DNA of 64,000 bases from Akkermansia muciniphila (lineage in GTDB: Bacteria > Verrucomicrobiota > Verrucomicrobiia > Limisphaerales > BJHT01). A model generated the notes under the pieces. It did not search any database. It saw only the letters and a program-made list of their open reading frames with translations, and was not told where the DNA came from. The position numbers and the translations under genes were made by a program. The stretch's first letter is position 1; each line of letters starts with the position of its first letter. Below, one piece after another: positions 28,793 to 40,917 of the stretch. The DNA lies in NCBI GenBank assembly GCA_945861535.1, contig CAMAUZ010000028.1, positions 6,699 through 70,698 on the forward strand, written 5' to 3'.

Positions 28793-28870
28793 CCAGATAA
28801 TCCTGCGCTGCTACTGCGACCGAGCGCGTCTGCGCGTGCTCGGGGGGCAGTGAGCGGCTCGTTATTCTGG
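28793..28870 (+). mobile_element. attC-like recombination site
   Basis: CCAGATAAT-CCTG-CGCTGCTACTGC..CCGAGC..GCTCGG..GCAGTGAGCG-GCTC-GTTATTCTGG: paired outer R boxes, unpaired spacers, L boxes with two bulged bases, inner stem-loop. Confidence 0.55.
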
Positions 28871-28946
28871 AACATCTCGGCACCGCTGCGGGCTGGATTG
28901 GCCGGTGCCGCGGCGATTGGATGGCGGAATTTTCGGAAGCGAAAAA

Positions 28947-30098
28947 TCAGTTCCGCGCGGGCACGGGACCTGGTGCCGTCAGCGCGCAGCGGAAGCCGGC
29001 GTGTTGCAGGCCGGTGTCGGGCGAGGTCTTCATGCGCGTGCTCGGGCGATACGCGCCGCAGTAGAGATCGGTGCAGAGGAACGAGCCGCCGCGTTGCACG
29101 CGCTTGGCCACGCCGGGTTCGTTGGGATCGAAACTGGTGTCGGGGCCGGGCGGATTCTTTGCCGGACAATTGGCGTAGTAGTCGGGGAGATACAGGTCGG
29201 CGCACCATTCCCAGGCGTTGCCCGCCAGGTCGAAAAGCCCGTGGCCATTGGGCGGAAATGACTTCACCGGCGCGGTGCCCCGGTAGCCGTCGGAGGCGAG
29301 ATTCTCGTGCGGGAATCGGCCCTGCCAGATGTTCGCCTGCCATTTGCCGCCGGGACTCAGCTCGTCGCCCCACATGTATTCCTTGCCGGCGAGACGGCCG
29401 CGCGCGGCGTATTCCCACTCCGCTTCGGTGGGCAAACGCTTGCCCGCCCATTTGCAAAACGCCATCGCATCGAACCAGCTCACCTGCACCACGGGATGTT
29501 GCTCGCGGCCCTTGAGATCGGACTCGGGGCCTTCGGGATGCCGCCAGTTCGCGCCGCGCTGGTAACGCCACCAGATGAAATGATCGGTCAGCGGCACTTC
29601 GCCCGGCGGCGGCGAAAAGACAATCGAACCGGCCACGAGATTCTCCGGCGGCGCGCCGGGGAAATCGCGCGGGTCGGGTTTGCGCTCGGCCGTGGTGACG
29701 TAGCCGGTCTCCTTCACGAACCGCTCGAACTGCTCGTTGGTCACCTCGGTCGCGTCGATCCAGAAGCCGTCGAGGGCCAGCTCGCGGACGGGCTTTTCAT
29801 CGACCTGGCCGTTGGTCGAGCCGCGCAGGAACGTGCCGGGAGGAATCCACACCATGCCGTTGGTGAGCGTGAGCGGATCGCGCGCGACCGGCGCGTTCTG
29901 GCCAGTCTGGCCAGATTGGCTCAGGCCGTAGGTGGGCAGCATCTCCTTCTGCTGGGCTTTTTCCCGCTGCACCTTGCGGATGAGCGGGAGCATCCAGAGA
30001 ATCGCGAGAATGAAGCCGGCGAGAAAAATGCCGCCGACGATGAGCGGAATTTTCTGCGGCAGGCCGGACGGTTGGGAGTCGTGTGGTTTCATGGGCAA
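28947..30098 (-). CDS. Formylglycine-generating enzyme (FGE/SUMF1) family protein
   Basis: N-terminal TM; F.ID.TEVTN.QF, HPVVQVSW.DA, KRLPTEAEWEYAARG, GL.D..GN.WEW, RGGSFLC...YC..YR. Confidence 0.93.
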   Translation of the reverse strand: MPMKPHDSQPSGLPQKIPLIVGGIFLAGFILAILWMLPLIRKVQREKAQQKEMLPTYGLSQSGQTGQNAPVARDPLTLTNGMVWIPPGTFLRGSTNGQVDEKPVRELALDGFWIDATEVTNEQFERFVKETGYVTTAERKPDPRDFPGAPPENLVAGSIVFSPPPGEVPLTDHFIWWRYQRGANWRHPEGPESDLKGREQHPVVQVSWFDAMAFCKWAGKRLPTEAEWEYAARGRLAGKEYMWGDELSPGGKWQANIWQGRFPHENLASDGYRGTAPVKSFPPNGHGLFDLAGNAWEWCADLYLPDYYANCPAKNPPGPDTSFDPNEPGVAKRVQRGGSFLCTDLYCGAYRPSTRMKTSPDTGLQHAGFRCALTAPGPVPARN

Positions 30099-30220
30099 AA
30101 GGTGCGACCGCGTTGGCGGCGTGCCGGGGAAACTACTAGTCGCGCCCGAGCAGGGGCAAGCGGTGCGTTGGGCGGTGATGTTGAGGGAGGGATGCGAAAT
30201 CGTCGGCGGGCATCCAAGAT

Positions 30221-30357
30221 GTAGCGCAGGCTTCCAAGCCTGCTGTGTCGCCGATTTCCAAATCGGCAGCGCGTGAAAAACGCGAGCGCGTTCGGACGAT
30301 TCGGCGACCCGCGGGTTTAGAAACCCGCGATACAGCAGGTTTGGAAACCTGCGCTAC
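30221..30357. repeat. REPIN, GTAGCGCAGG family (copy 2)
   Basis: gtagcgcaggcttccaagcctgc..gccgatttccaaatcggc ... gcgggtttagaaacccgcg..gcaggtttggaaacctgcgctac. Confidence 0.9.
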
Positions 30358-30411
30358 AACGGCAGCGGCATTTGCCGTTTACGCACGGGACGTGTCGGGC
30401 AGAATGGCGCG

Positions 30412-31191
30412 ATGGAAAATCCACTGCCGCCCTTGCAGGCGGGCACGCTGTATCTGGTGGCCACGCCCATCGGCAACCTCGAGGACATCACGCTGCGGGC
30501 GCTGCGGGTGTTGAAGGAATGCGGCGTCATCGCCGCCGAGGACACGCGGCGCACCGGGCAGTTGCTGAAACATTTCGGCCTCGCGAAACCGATGGTGAGC
30601 TATCACCAGCACAACGAGGCGCGCCGCACGGTCGAGATCGTCGAGCGGCTGGCGCGCGGCGAAATTGTGGCGCTGGTCACGGATGCGGGCAGTCCGGGCA
30701 TCAGCGATCCGGGCGAGCGCGTGGTGCGCGCGGCGCTGGCGGCGGGGCAGCGCGTCGAGCCGGTGCCGGGCGCGAGCGCGCTGGTGGCGGCGCTGACGGC
30801 GAGCGGGTTGCCGACGCGCGAGTTTCATTTCATCGGGTTTCTGCCGCACAAGTCGGGGCAGCGCCGTAATCGTCTCGCCGCGCTCGCGCCGCTGGAATGC
30901 ACGCTGGTTTTCTACGAGTCGCCGTTTCGCATCGGCAAGCTGCTGGGCGAATTGCAGGCGGCGTTTCCGCAGCGGCGCGTCGTGCTGGCGCGCGAACTGA
31001 CGAAGCGGTTCGAGGAGTTTTTGCGCGGCACGCCGGCGGAACTGCTGGCGGAATTGGAGCGGCGTCCGCGGAAGGGTGAGTTCGTCGTGCTGGTGGCAGG
31101 CGCAGGGGAGGGGGACGGCGAAAAGGGAGACGCGACGGCGGACGAAGAGGCGAAAGCGGAAGCGGAGAATGCCGAGCCGGCGGAAGATTGA
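30412..31191 (+). CDS. rsmI: 16S rRNA C1402 2'-O-methyltransferase
   Basis: [50 protein letters not shown]. Confidence 0.95.
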   Translation: MENPLPPLQAGTLYLVATPIGNLEDITLRALRVLKECGVIAAEDTRRTGQLLKHFGLAKPMVSYHQHNEARRTVEIVERLARGEIVALVTDAGSPGISDPGERVVRAALAAGQRVEPVPGASALVAALTASGLPTREFHFIGFLPHKSGQRRNRLAALAPLECTLVFYESPFRIGKLLGELQAAFPQRRVVLARELTKRFEEFLRGTPAELLAELERRPRKGEFVVLVAGAGEGDGEKGDATADEEAKAEAENAEPAED

Positions 31192-31198
31192 CGGGCGC

Positions 31199-31512
31199 CG
31201 GAGCGCGGCGTTTACGCCGCTTCAGCGTCACCATGGAGGGAGCTGTTGGAAACATTCTACCGTCCGCGATCGGTCCACGTTTTAGCGGCGTAAACGCCGC
31301 GCGCCTGGGGACAGCGCGCGAGCGCTGGCTTGGTACCGCAGGCGTCCATCCTGCGAGTTCGGGCGGCGTCTCGCCGCCCGTTTCCAAGGTCGACCACCCC
31401 CGCCGAACTGGGAACACGGGGCAGGGATGCCCCGCCAACTGGCAGGCAAGGATGCCTGCGCCACCCGGCTGGCGCGGACGCCATGCCACGGGCAAAAAAC
31501 TGAGCTGCGCCC
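31199..31512. repeat. REP cluster plus right half of the TIR-bounded element
   Basis: cggagcgcggcgtttacgccgc/gcggcgtaaacgccgcgcgcc doublet, a GTGGGGCAGG-family REPIN (31333-31464) and TIR ggcaaaaaactgagctgcgccc ending at 31512. Confidence 0.8.
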
Positions 31513-31539
31513 CGCGTTTGTTTGCACCGGAATCAGCCG

Positions 31540-31568
31540 TTGACACCCCCCGGGCGCTTTGCCACCGT
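31540..31568 (+). promoter_or_regulatory. Candidate sigma70 promoter for ppdK
   Basis: TTGACA-17 nt-CACCGT (weak -10), ~57 nt upstream of the ATG. Confidence 0.35.
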
Positions 31569-31625
31569 CCCGCCTCATTTCGGCGGCAGAGAACTATCGG
31601 AATTGACCCAATCCACCCTGGTTAT

Positions 31626-34388
<2,763 letters not shown>

Positions 34389-34473
34389 GTTTGTCCCCGC
34401 AAGGGGACCTTGTGCCACCGCTTCGGCGGGGAGCACGCAGGGTTAGCTCGCCCTCGTGGTGAGCGCCCACCAG

Positions 34474-34505
34474 GCCGCTCCGGGAAACCGGGGCGGCTTT
34501 TTTTT
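34474..34505 (+). terminator. Rho-independent terminator after ppdK
   Basis: GCCGCTCCGG-GAAA-CCGGGGCGGC followed by T8. Confidence 0.85.
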
Positions 34506-34556
34506 GCCGCCACGCCATCAATAAGCCGTGCCTATTCAGGCGAACCGAATTCTTTG

Positions 34557-35301
34557 ACCACAGAGACGTGATGAGCACAGGGCGGCAGCGCCGCAACCCA
34601 AGCGGAGCGCGGCCGTCCCGGCCGCAGCGGCAACACCGGAGCCGGGGCGCTGGGAATTGCTGGTGTTGTCGCAGGTGCGGAGCCGCTCCGCGCGGCAGCA
34701 CCGCAACCGCAGGAGCGCGTCCGGTCCCCGGTCGCAGCGCGGGATGCGGGAGAAGCGCGCGGAATTTTCCGACCGCTTTCGTGCGGCGGGCGCAAAAGGA
34801 AACGGATGATCTGGCTGCCGGAGCGCGCCGCCGCCTTCGGGGGGATGCAGCCGAGTTTGGCTGGGGAATATGGGGCAGGGGAATGGGGAGGTGACGAAGC
34901 GGGGACGGGGTGGGCGCGGCATGGAAAATCATCGCGGCACGCAAAAATTCTGCCGGGTTGTAGTACAGGGCGGCGAAGCCGCAACCAAAGGAGTGCGGGC
35001 GTCCCGACCGCAGCGGCAACACCGAAGCCCGGGCGTTGGAAATTTGTTCCGCCCTCGCAGGTGCGTAGCTGCCGCGGGCGGGACGCCCGCGCTCCGGAAC
35101 TCCTCGCGGCCCGCGAGGATTTCTCCCGGAGCGCGGCTGTGTGCGCGGAGCACCAGCCGCAGCAGGTTGGCTGCACGGGGAGCGTCTGATTTCCACGGGT
35201 GCCCACGACGTTTCGGGGCTGCTGCGGCTGGTCCTCGGCGGACACAGCCGCGCTCCGTCGGTTGCGGCCCCGCCGCTCTGTGTTCAGAGTGTCTCTGTGG
35301 T
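34557..35301. repeat. Nested REP mosaic bracketed by ACCACAGAGAC inverted arms
   Basis: Outer IR 34557-34597 / 35261-35301. Inside: two related CGGAGCGC REPINs (~34603, ~34991), the G-rich 31-mer (34857) and a GGAGCGCGGCTGTG REPIN (35128-35256). Confidence 0.8.
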
Positions 35302-35405
35302 GCTCACAGCGGTTTCCATTGCATGGTTACGATTAAGGGGATCGGAATCTCCCATCGAGGTTTGGCGCTGTCGGACCTGTGGCGGGCGGGGAGCCCGCGC
35401 TCGGC

Positions 35406-35444
35406 AAAGAAAAAAACGCGGCCCGGACACTCGTCCGGGCCGCG
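35406..35444 (-). terminator. Rho-independent terminator of the Ig-domain gene
   Basis: Minus strand CGCGGCCCGGAC-GAGT-GTCCGGGCCGCG followed by TTTTTTTCTTT. Confidence 0.85.
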
Positions 35445-35504
35445 CTGTCGGGGGCCGATGATTGGAAGGGTTGCGGTTACATCACGCGGCAGAGGTGGTG
35501 CCGT

Positions 35505-37589
35505 TCAATAGGTGTACACATTGACCCGGCCGGTGGCGGTGCCGCCATTGCCGTCGCTGATGGTGTAGGTGAAGTAGTCGGGCGTGTTGTAGCCGACGCG
35601 CGCCGTGTAATAGACCCGGGTGGAATCCTTGGTGATGGTCGCCCCGAGGAAGCTCAAGCTCGCGGTGCTGGTGAGCGTGAGCGTGTTGCCATCGACGTCC
35701 TTGTCATTGTTCAGGAGCGTGGAGATCAGGACCGAGACCGAGACGTTGACGGGGCGGTAGAGTGTGTCGGTGGTGACGGTCGGGGCATCGTTCACCGCAG
35801 TCACGGTGAGGGCGAACGTGGTGCTGGCGCTCAGGCCGTCGGGATCGGTGACGGTGACGGTGATGTTGGCGACGCCGTTGGAATTGGCCAGCGGGCTGAC
35901 GAGCAGGGTGCGGCTGGAGCCCGAGCCGCCGAACGTGAAGCCCGTGCTGCGGACCAGGTTGGTGTTCGAGGAGGTGGCGGTGACGGTGAGGTTGGTGGCC
36001 GCTGATTCAAAATCGCCAATGATGAATGTCATCGCGCCGGTGTTGCTGTCTTCCGCAATGGTCTTCGCGGGGATGGTCGTGATGGTCGGGGGCACCTTGA
36101 GGTTGTAGTTCAAGTAGGCCGTGCCGTAAGCGCCGTTCACGCCGTCCACGACGATGTAGTAGGTGAGGCCGGCGGTGGCGGCGAAGGTGAGGCGGCTGTC
36201 CAGCCCATCCAGGCCGCTGTTGTTGTCACAGGCCACGGAGATGAGGCTGGCGTAGCCGTTGCCCAGCCCGTCGTCGAGATACACGGCGAGGATCGTGTCG
36301 TAGCTGCTGCCGTCGGTGTTGAGGGTCATGACGCCGGTCGAGCCGGGCACGTAGCTGAGCCAGTAGGAGGAACCGCCCACCACGCCGCAGTGGTTGGGTT
36401 CGCCGGGGTCTTTGCCGAAGTGGGAGGCGAAGACCTGGGTGCCGGAGTAGCCGGTCACGGAGGTGATGCGGCGGCGCAGACCGCCGGTATTGATCGGGCC
36501 GCTGCGCAGGCCGGTGGCATCGGCGTCATCCTGGCGGTTGCGCAGGACTACGTTGAGCGCCCCCTCGGTGTTGATCTGCACTTCGGCGGCTTGCGACGTG
36601 ATGCTCTCGCCGGCCGAGGTCACGACCGCGCGGTAAACGCCCACGCCGGAATCCTGAAAATTCGGAATCACCAGAGCGGTGTTGGTGGCGCCGGGGATGG
36701 GGGCCGTCTCGAAGAGCCACTGGACCGTGGCGATGGCGTTGGTCTCGGAGAGCGACACCGCGAGCGACAGGGCCTCGCCGCGATTCAAGGACGTATGCGC
36801 GGGCTGGCCGGCGATGCCCGTCAGGACGACCGTGCTGGGGACGAAGTCCCATGCGAAGACAATGCTGCCGCCGTCACGATTCGCGCTGGAGACCACGAAC
36901 GAATAGGTCGTCCCCGCGTGGGCGTAGAAGGTGATGCGAGCGTTCTCGTAGCCGCCGTTGTCGTCGTCGTTGGCCACGAGTTGGAGGGCGTTCAGACTGG
37001 CACCGGTGTAGGCGGCCAGAATGCTATCAAAGGCGCTGCCAGCGGTGTTCACGGTCATCCGGCCATAGTCCGGCGCGGTCCATTTCAGCCACACCGTGCG
37101 GCGGTTCCGCGCGCCGGGATGATGGCGCGGTTCGTAGGGTTCCGTGTTGGCGGAACTGTTGTTCCCCGAACCGACGCCGGTGAGTCCCACGATTTCGCCG
37201 CGGGACGCAAACGCGTTGGCGAACGGCAGCGCGGGCACGCTCACGGTCAGGCTCGCCGGGTTGCTGTGATCGCTGCCGATGTCGTTCTGGGCGCGGACCG
37301 AATACAACCCCGCGTCGGCCGGCTGCACATTGGTCAACGTGAGGCTGGCGCTGGTCGCCCCGGGAATCGGAATGTCTTGGAGAAGCCATTGAAACGTCGG
37401 CGCGGGCGAACCGCTCGCGGCAACGGTGAACGTGACGGTGGCGCCGGGATTGACCGTTGCGCTGACCGGATTGGAGGTGATCGCCGCTCCGTCGCCCGCG
37501 AAACCCCGTGAACTCAACACTCCCGCCAGCACGGCGAAAGTGAGATAAAACCTGACCCTGCTGGTGATAGTTTCCCTCGTTGTTTTCAT
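35505..37589 (-). CDS. Secreted surface protein: 2x(Ig + PPC-like) plus cadherin/Big-like domains
   Basis: Signal peptide; P.P.FQW...IPGAT...L......DAG.Y Ig repeats; T.GS.FD..LA.Y....VA.D.. repeats; VTD.DG, VNDAP, LL.ND.D.DG, F.YTISDG.GG. Confidence 0.85.
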   Translation of the reverse strand: MKTTRETITSRVRFYLTFAVLAGVLSSRGFAGDGAAITSNPVSATVNPGATVTFTVAASGSPAPTFQWLLQDIPIPGATSASLTLTNVQPADAGLYSVRAQNDIGSDHSNPASLTVSVPALPFANAFASRGEIVGLTGVGSGNNSSANTEPYEPRHHPGARNRRTVWLKWTAPDYGRMTVNTAGSAFDSILAAYTGASLNALQLVANDDDNGGYENARITFYAHAGTTYSFVVSSANRDGGSIVFAWDFVPSTVVLTGIAGQPAHTSLNRGEALSLAVSLSETNAIATVQWLFETAPIPGATNTALVIPNFQDSGVGVYRAVVTSAGESITSQAAEVQINTEGALNVVLRNRQDDADATGLRSGPINTGGLRRRITSVTGYSGTQVFASHFGKDPGEPNHCGVVGGSSYWLSYVPGSTGVMTLNTDGSSYDTILAVYLDDGLGNGYASLISVACDNNSGLDGLDSRLTFAATAGLTYYIVVDGVNGAYGTAYLNYNLKVPPTITTIPAKTIAEDSNTGAMTFIIGDFESAATNLTVTATSSNTNLVRSTGFTFGGSGSSRTLLVSPLANSNGVANITVTVTDPDGLSASTTFALTVTAVNDAPTVTTDTLYRPVNVSVSVLISTLLNNDKDVDGNTLTLTSTASLSFLGATITKDSTRVYYTARVGYNTPDYFTYTISDGNGGTATGRVNVYTY

Positions 37590-37929
37590 AACTCGAATGA
37601 CCCTTGCTAACGCTGCCCCGACAATAATTGACCGTGACTTTACTGCTCCATCTATCCGCTGGTCCGCAAACCAGCCGACACCGGGAAGGTAGCAGCGGCG
37701 ATGCCACTCGGTGCGGCGGCGGATTCGGGTGAAATGGGGGGGTGTTTGCTGGAATCGAGCGGCGGTCCGTGGTCCGCTGGTCCGCGGTTGGACCGCGGCG
37801 GCACGGCGGTGGTCCGATCCGTAGCCGCTGACGTGAGGAAGCGGACCGCTCGCACCAGCGGACCGTGACCGGTCCCCGGTCGCAGCGACCTCGCACCCGC
37901 CGGGCTGCTCGAAAATCTCGCGGCACCCT

Positions 37930-38313
37930 GGGCGTATTTCAGTTTCTTGCAGGGTGGCTGGCAGACGCTGGTGTCAGCGCCCCCCGGCCTGAAAGGCCGT
38001 CAGAACCCAGCCTAGGGCTGAGTGCGTTAGCACGATGCCCTGGGTTACCACGCGCGAACGGATGAACGCGCCCTGAAAGGGCGCGAGAAGGTTTCGGGAC
38101 AGATGGCGCCAGAGAGCCTACGACTGCGCGGCTTCGTAAAGACATCTCGCGCGCCCCTTCAGGGCGCTGGTCGTGGGGCGACGGTTTTCCCAGGGCATCG
38201 CGGCGCTCAGCCCTGGGCTGAGTTCTGGCGGCCCGTTGGGCCGCGGGTGAAAGCGCTCCCCGGGTCACGGCCTGCAAGCTCCCAACCAGATTGCAAGAAA
38301 CTGAGATGCGCCC
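37930..38313. mobile_element. MITE-like element, 22-bp TIR, cargo of CCCTGAAAGGGC-type palindromes
   Basis: gggcgtatttcagtttcttgca ... tgcaagaaactgagatgcgccc; flanks ggcaccct / ggcaccca (7/8 direct repeat). Confidence 0.8.
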
Positions 38314-38390
38314 GGCACCCATTCCTTCCGACTTTCGCTTTGCCAACGAGGGGTGGAGTGGTTCAGCGTCCCGCGTTGCCCAACTCATTT

Positions 38391-39314
38391 ATGAAAACAT
38401 CTGTCCTTTCTCCCGTTCTGCTCCCACTCGTCACCGCCGCCGTTCTGCTCGGCTGCACCACGCCGCCGCACGCGGCCGAGAAGCTCTTTGTCGCAAAACC
38501 GCTGACCGAGGAGAAGGCGTTCACGCCGGGCATTGAAGGCCCCAATTGCGACCGCGACGGAAACATTTACGCGGTGAACTACGCCAAGCAGCAGACGATC
38601 GGGAGGACGACGTCGGACGGAAAGTCCGAGCTGTGGGTCACGTTGCCCGGCAAGAGCACTGGCAACGGCATTGTGTTCGACCGCGCGGGCGCGATGTATG
38701 TCGCCGATTACGTCGGCCACAACGTGCTCAAGATCGACGTGAAGACGAAGGCGATCTCGATCTTCGCGCATGAGGCGGGGATGAACCAGCCGAACGACCT
38801 GGCCATCGCGCCGGACGAAACGTTGTACGCGAGCGATCCAAGCTGGAAGGACGGCACCGGCCAGTTGTGGCGCATCGACCGCGCCGGCAAAACCACGCGC
38901 GTCGCCAAGGACCTGGGCACGACCAACGGCATCGAGGTCAGCCCCGACGGCAAGACGCTCTTCGTCAACGAAAGCGTGCAGCGCAACGTGTGGGCGTTTC
39001 CGATCCAGGCGGACGGCTCGCTCGGGGAGAAGCGGCTGGTGAAAAAATTCCCCGACCACGGCTTCGACGGCATGCGCGCGGACGTGGACGGCAATCTCTA
39101 CCTCACGCGCCACGGCAAAGGCACGGTCGTGAAAATGTCGCCCGCCGGCGAAATCTTGCAGGAGATCGATGTGCTCGGCCCCTTCCCGAGCAACCTCTGC
39201 TTCGGCGGACCGGATGGCCGCACGGTTTATGTCACCGAGGTGAAACACCAGCGCCTGGTGCAGTTCCGCGTGGATCGTCCGGGCCTCGCGTGGCAGCGGT
39301 GGCAGCAGAAGTAG
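38391..39314 (+). CDS. SMP-30/gluconolactonase family beta-propeller, probable lipoprotein
   Basis: LLGC lipobox-like; EGP, PNDL, NGI..SPDGK.L.V, DGM..D.DGNLY, PSN.CFGG.D..T.YVT. Confidence 0.92.
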   Translation: MKTSVLSPVLLPLVTAAVLLGCTTPPHAAEKLFVAKPLTEEKAFTPGIEGPNCDRDGNIYAVNYAKQQTIGRTTSDGKSELWVTLPGKSTGNGIVFDRAGAMYVADYVGHNVLKIDVKTKAISIFAHEAGMNQPNDLAIAPDETLYASDPSWKDGTGQLWRIDRAGKTTRVAKDLGTTNGIEVSPDGKTLFVNESVQRNVWAFPIQADGSLGEKRLVKKFPDHGFDGMRADVDGNLYLTRHGKGTVVKMSPAGEILQEIDVLGPFPSNLCFGGPDGRTVYVTEVKHQRLVQFRVDRPGLAWQRWQQK

Positions 39315-39320
39315 AACGCG

Positions 39321-39372
39321 GGGGGGAAGCTCAAAGCTCAAAGTTCAAAGTTCAAGGGAAGGGCCAAGAACA
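39321..39372. repeat. Solo heptamer-repeat arm (AAAGYTC)
   Basis: ggggggaagctcaaagctcaaagttcaaagttcaagggaag, same as the arms at 62592 and 62779. Confidence 0.8.
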
Positions 39373-39655
39373 AAGGGCCAAACCGCAGGTCGCCGGGGTG
39401 TCGCCGAAGGTGGCCCAATCTGCTGCCCGGAAGAAGGGGCGGATCGCGGTTTTCTGCAACGAGCAGGGCGCTGTGGCGCCGTCCCGCAGCGACGACTGAA
39501 AATCGACCAGCACGGAAGTGCTGGGCTATTGGCTTTCGCCCGCTGGGCTGGGCAGGGGAACCAGAGGGTGTGCGTTTAACTGAAATGCGCCCCGCGTGAA
39601 GCCAGCGCCATGATTTTTCTTCTCCGCGCTTGGGCCGCTGTCAGGGTGCCGCGGC

Positions 39656-40759
39656 ATGTTCGCACCAGCTTCTTCCCTGCCACCCACAGGTCCCGCCGCG
39701 CTCGCTGACTTCGATCCCGCCGGACTCGCGCAGTTGTTCGCGGGCTGGGGCTACAAACCCAGCCATGCGGCGCGGGTGCTGCGGGCGTTTTACGATGGCG
39801 ACGGACGGGGGCATCCGGCCGCGGCGGGCTTGCCTGCGGGACTGGGCGAGCGGGTGCGCAGCGAGTTCGCTGCGGGCGCGGCGACGCTGGCGGCGCGGCA
39901 GGTGGCGGGCGATGGCACGACGAAACTGCTGCTCCGGCTCGGCGACGGGAGCACGGTGGAGTCGGTGCTGATGCCGGATTTTCGCGCGGATCGGGCGGCG
40001 GGTTGTCTGTCGTCGCAGGTGGGGTGCGCCATGGGATGTGATTTTTGTGCGACGACCAAGACGGGCTTCGAGCGGAACCTCACGGCGGGAGAAATCGTGG
40101 AGCAGTTTCTGGCGCTGCGCCGCGAGGCGCACGCGGTCGGGCGCCGGCTGCAAACCATCGTGTTCATGGGCATGGGCGAGCCGCTGCTCAATCTCGACGC
40201 GGTCCTCGCGGCGGTGCGGCGGCTGGCGGACAATTCGCTCGGCGCGCTGGGGTGGCGGCAGATCACGGTCTCGACGGTGGGCATCGTGCCGGGCATCGAC
40301 GCGCTCACGGCCACGGGGCTGAACTTTCACCTCGCCGTCTCTCTGCACGCGCCCGACGACGCCACGCGCGCCCGGTTGCTGCCGATGGGGCGGCGCTTTC
40401 CCATCGCGGACATCCTCGCGGCGGCGGACCGTTTTCAAGCCCGTCGCGGCCGGCCCGTGACGATCCAGTATTGCCTGCTGGCGGGAGTGAATGACTCGCC
40501 CGAGCACGCGCGGCTGCTCGCCGAAGTGCTCGGCTCGCGCCGGATGCACATCAATCTGCTGCGCTACAATCCCACCGGCCTGAGCCTGCGCGGCATCGCC
40601 TACGAACGCTCGTCCGATGAGACCGCCGAGGCGTTCGCCGCAGGGTTGCGCGGGCGCGGATTGGTCGCGCATTTCCGGCGTTCGCGCGGCCCGGACATCG
40701 ACGCGGCGTGCGGGCAGTTGCGGCGGCGGAACGAGGGACTGGTGGAGAAATCCGGCTAG
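39656..40759 (+). CDS. rlmN: RlmN-family radical SAM RNA methyltransferase
   Basis: DGT.K, CLSSQVGCAMGCDFCAT, RNLT.GEI, FMGMGEPL.N, SLHAP, R.SRG.DI.AACGQL. Confidence 0.85.
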   Translation: MFAPASSLPPTGPAALADFDPAGLAQLFAGWGYKPSHAARVLRAFYDGDGRGHPAAAGLPAGLGERVRSEFAAGAATLAARQVAGDGTTKLLLRLGDGSTVESVLMPDFRADRAAGCLSSQVGCAMGCDFCATTKTGFERNLTAGEIVEQFLALRREAHAVGRRLQTIVFMGMGEPLLNLDAVLAAVRRLADNSLGALGWRQITVSTVGIVPGIDALTATGLNFHLAVSLHAPDDATRARLLPMGRRFPIADILAAADRFQARRGRPVTIQYCLLAGVNDSPEHARLLAEVLGSRRMHINLLRYNPTGLSLRGIAYERSSDETAEAFAAGLRGRGLVAHFRRSRGPDIDAACGQLRRRNEGLVEKSG

Positions 40760-40771
40760 CGATGGGTGCCC

Positions 40772-40904
40772 CGGAGCGCGGCTGTGTCCCGCGTCGCGCG
40801 GGATCAGCCGCAGCACGCCGCGATGGGAAGGCACCTCGAAATTCTCCTGGCCACCTCGCGAGTCGAGCCGCTGCGGCTGGTCGCGGCGACGCAGCCGCGG
40901 TCCG
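40772..40904. repeat. REPIN, CGGAGCGCGGCTGTG family
   Basis: cggagcgcggctgtgtc..cagccgcagc ... gctgcggctgg..gacgcagccgcggtccg; same family as 35128-35256. Confidence 0.8.
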
Positions 40905-40917
40905 GGTGCGCGCCTCG

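Noticed and set aside
39656-40759. Cfr-type resistance methyltransferase
   Set aside because: Motifs fit the general RlmN family; nothing visible supports Cfr specifically.
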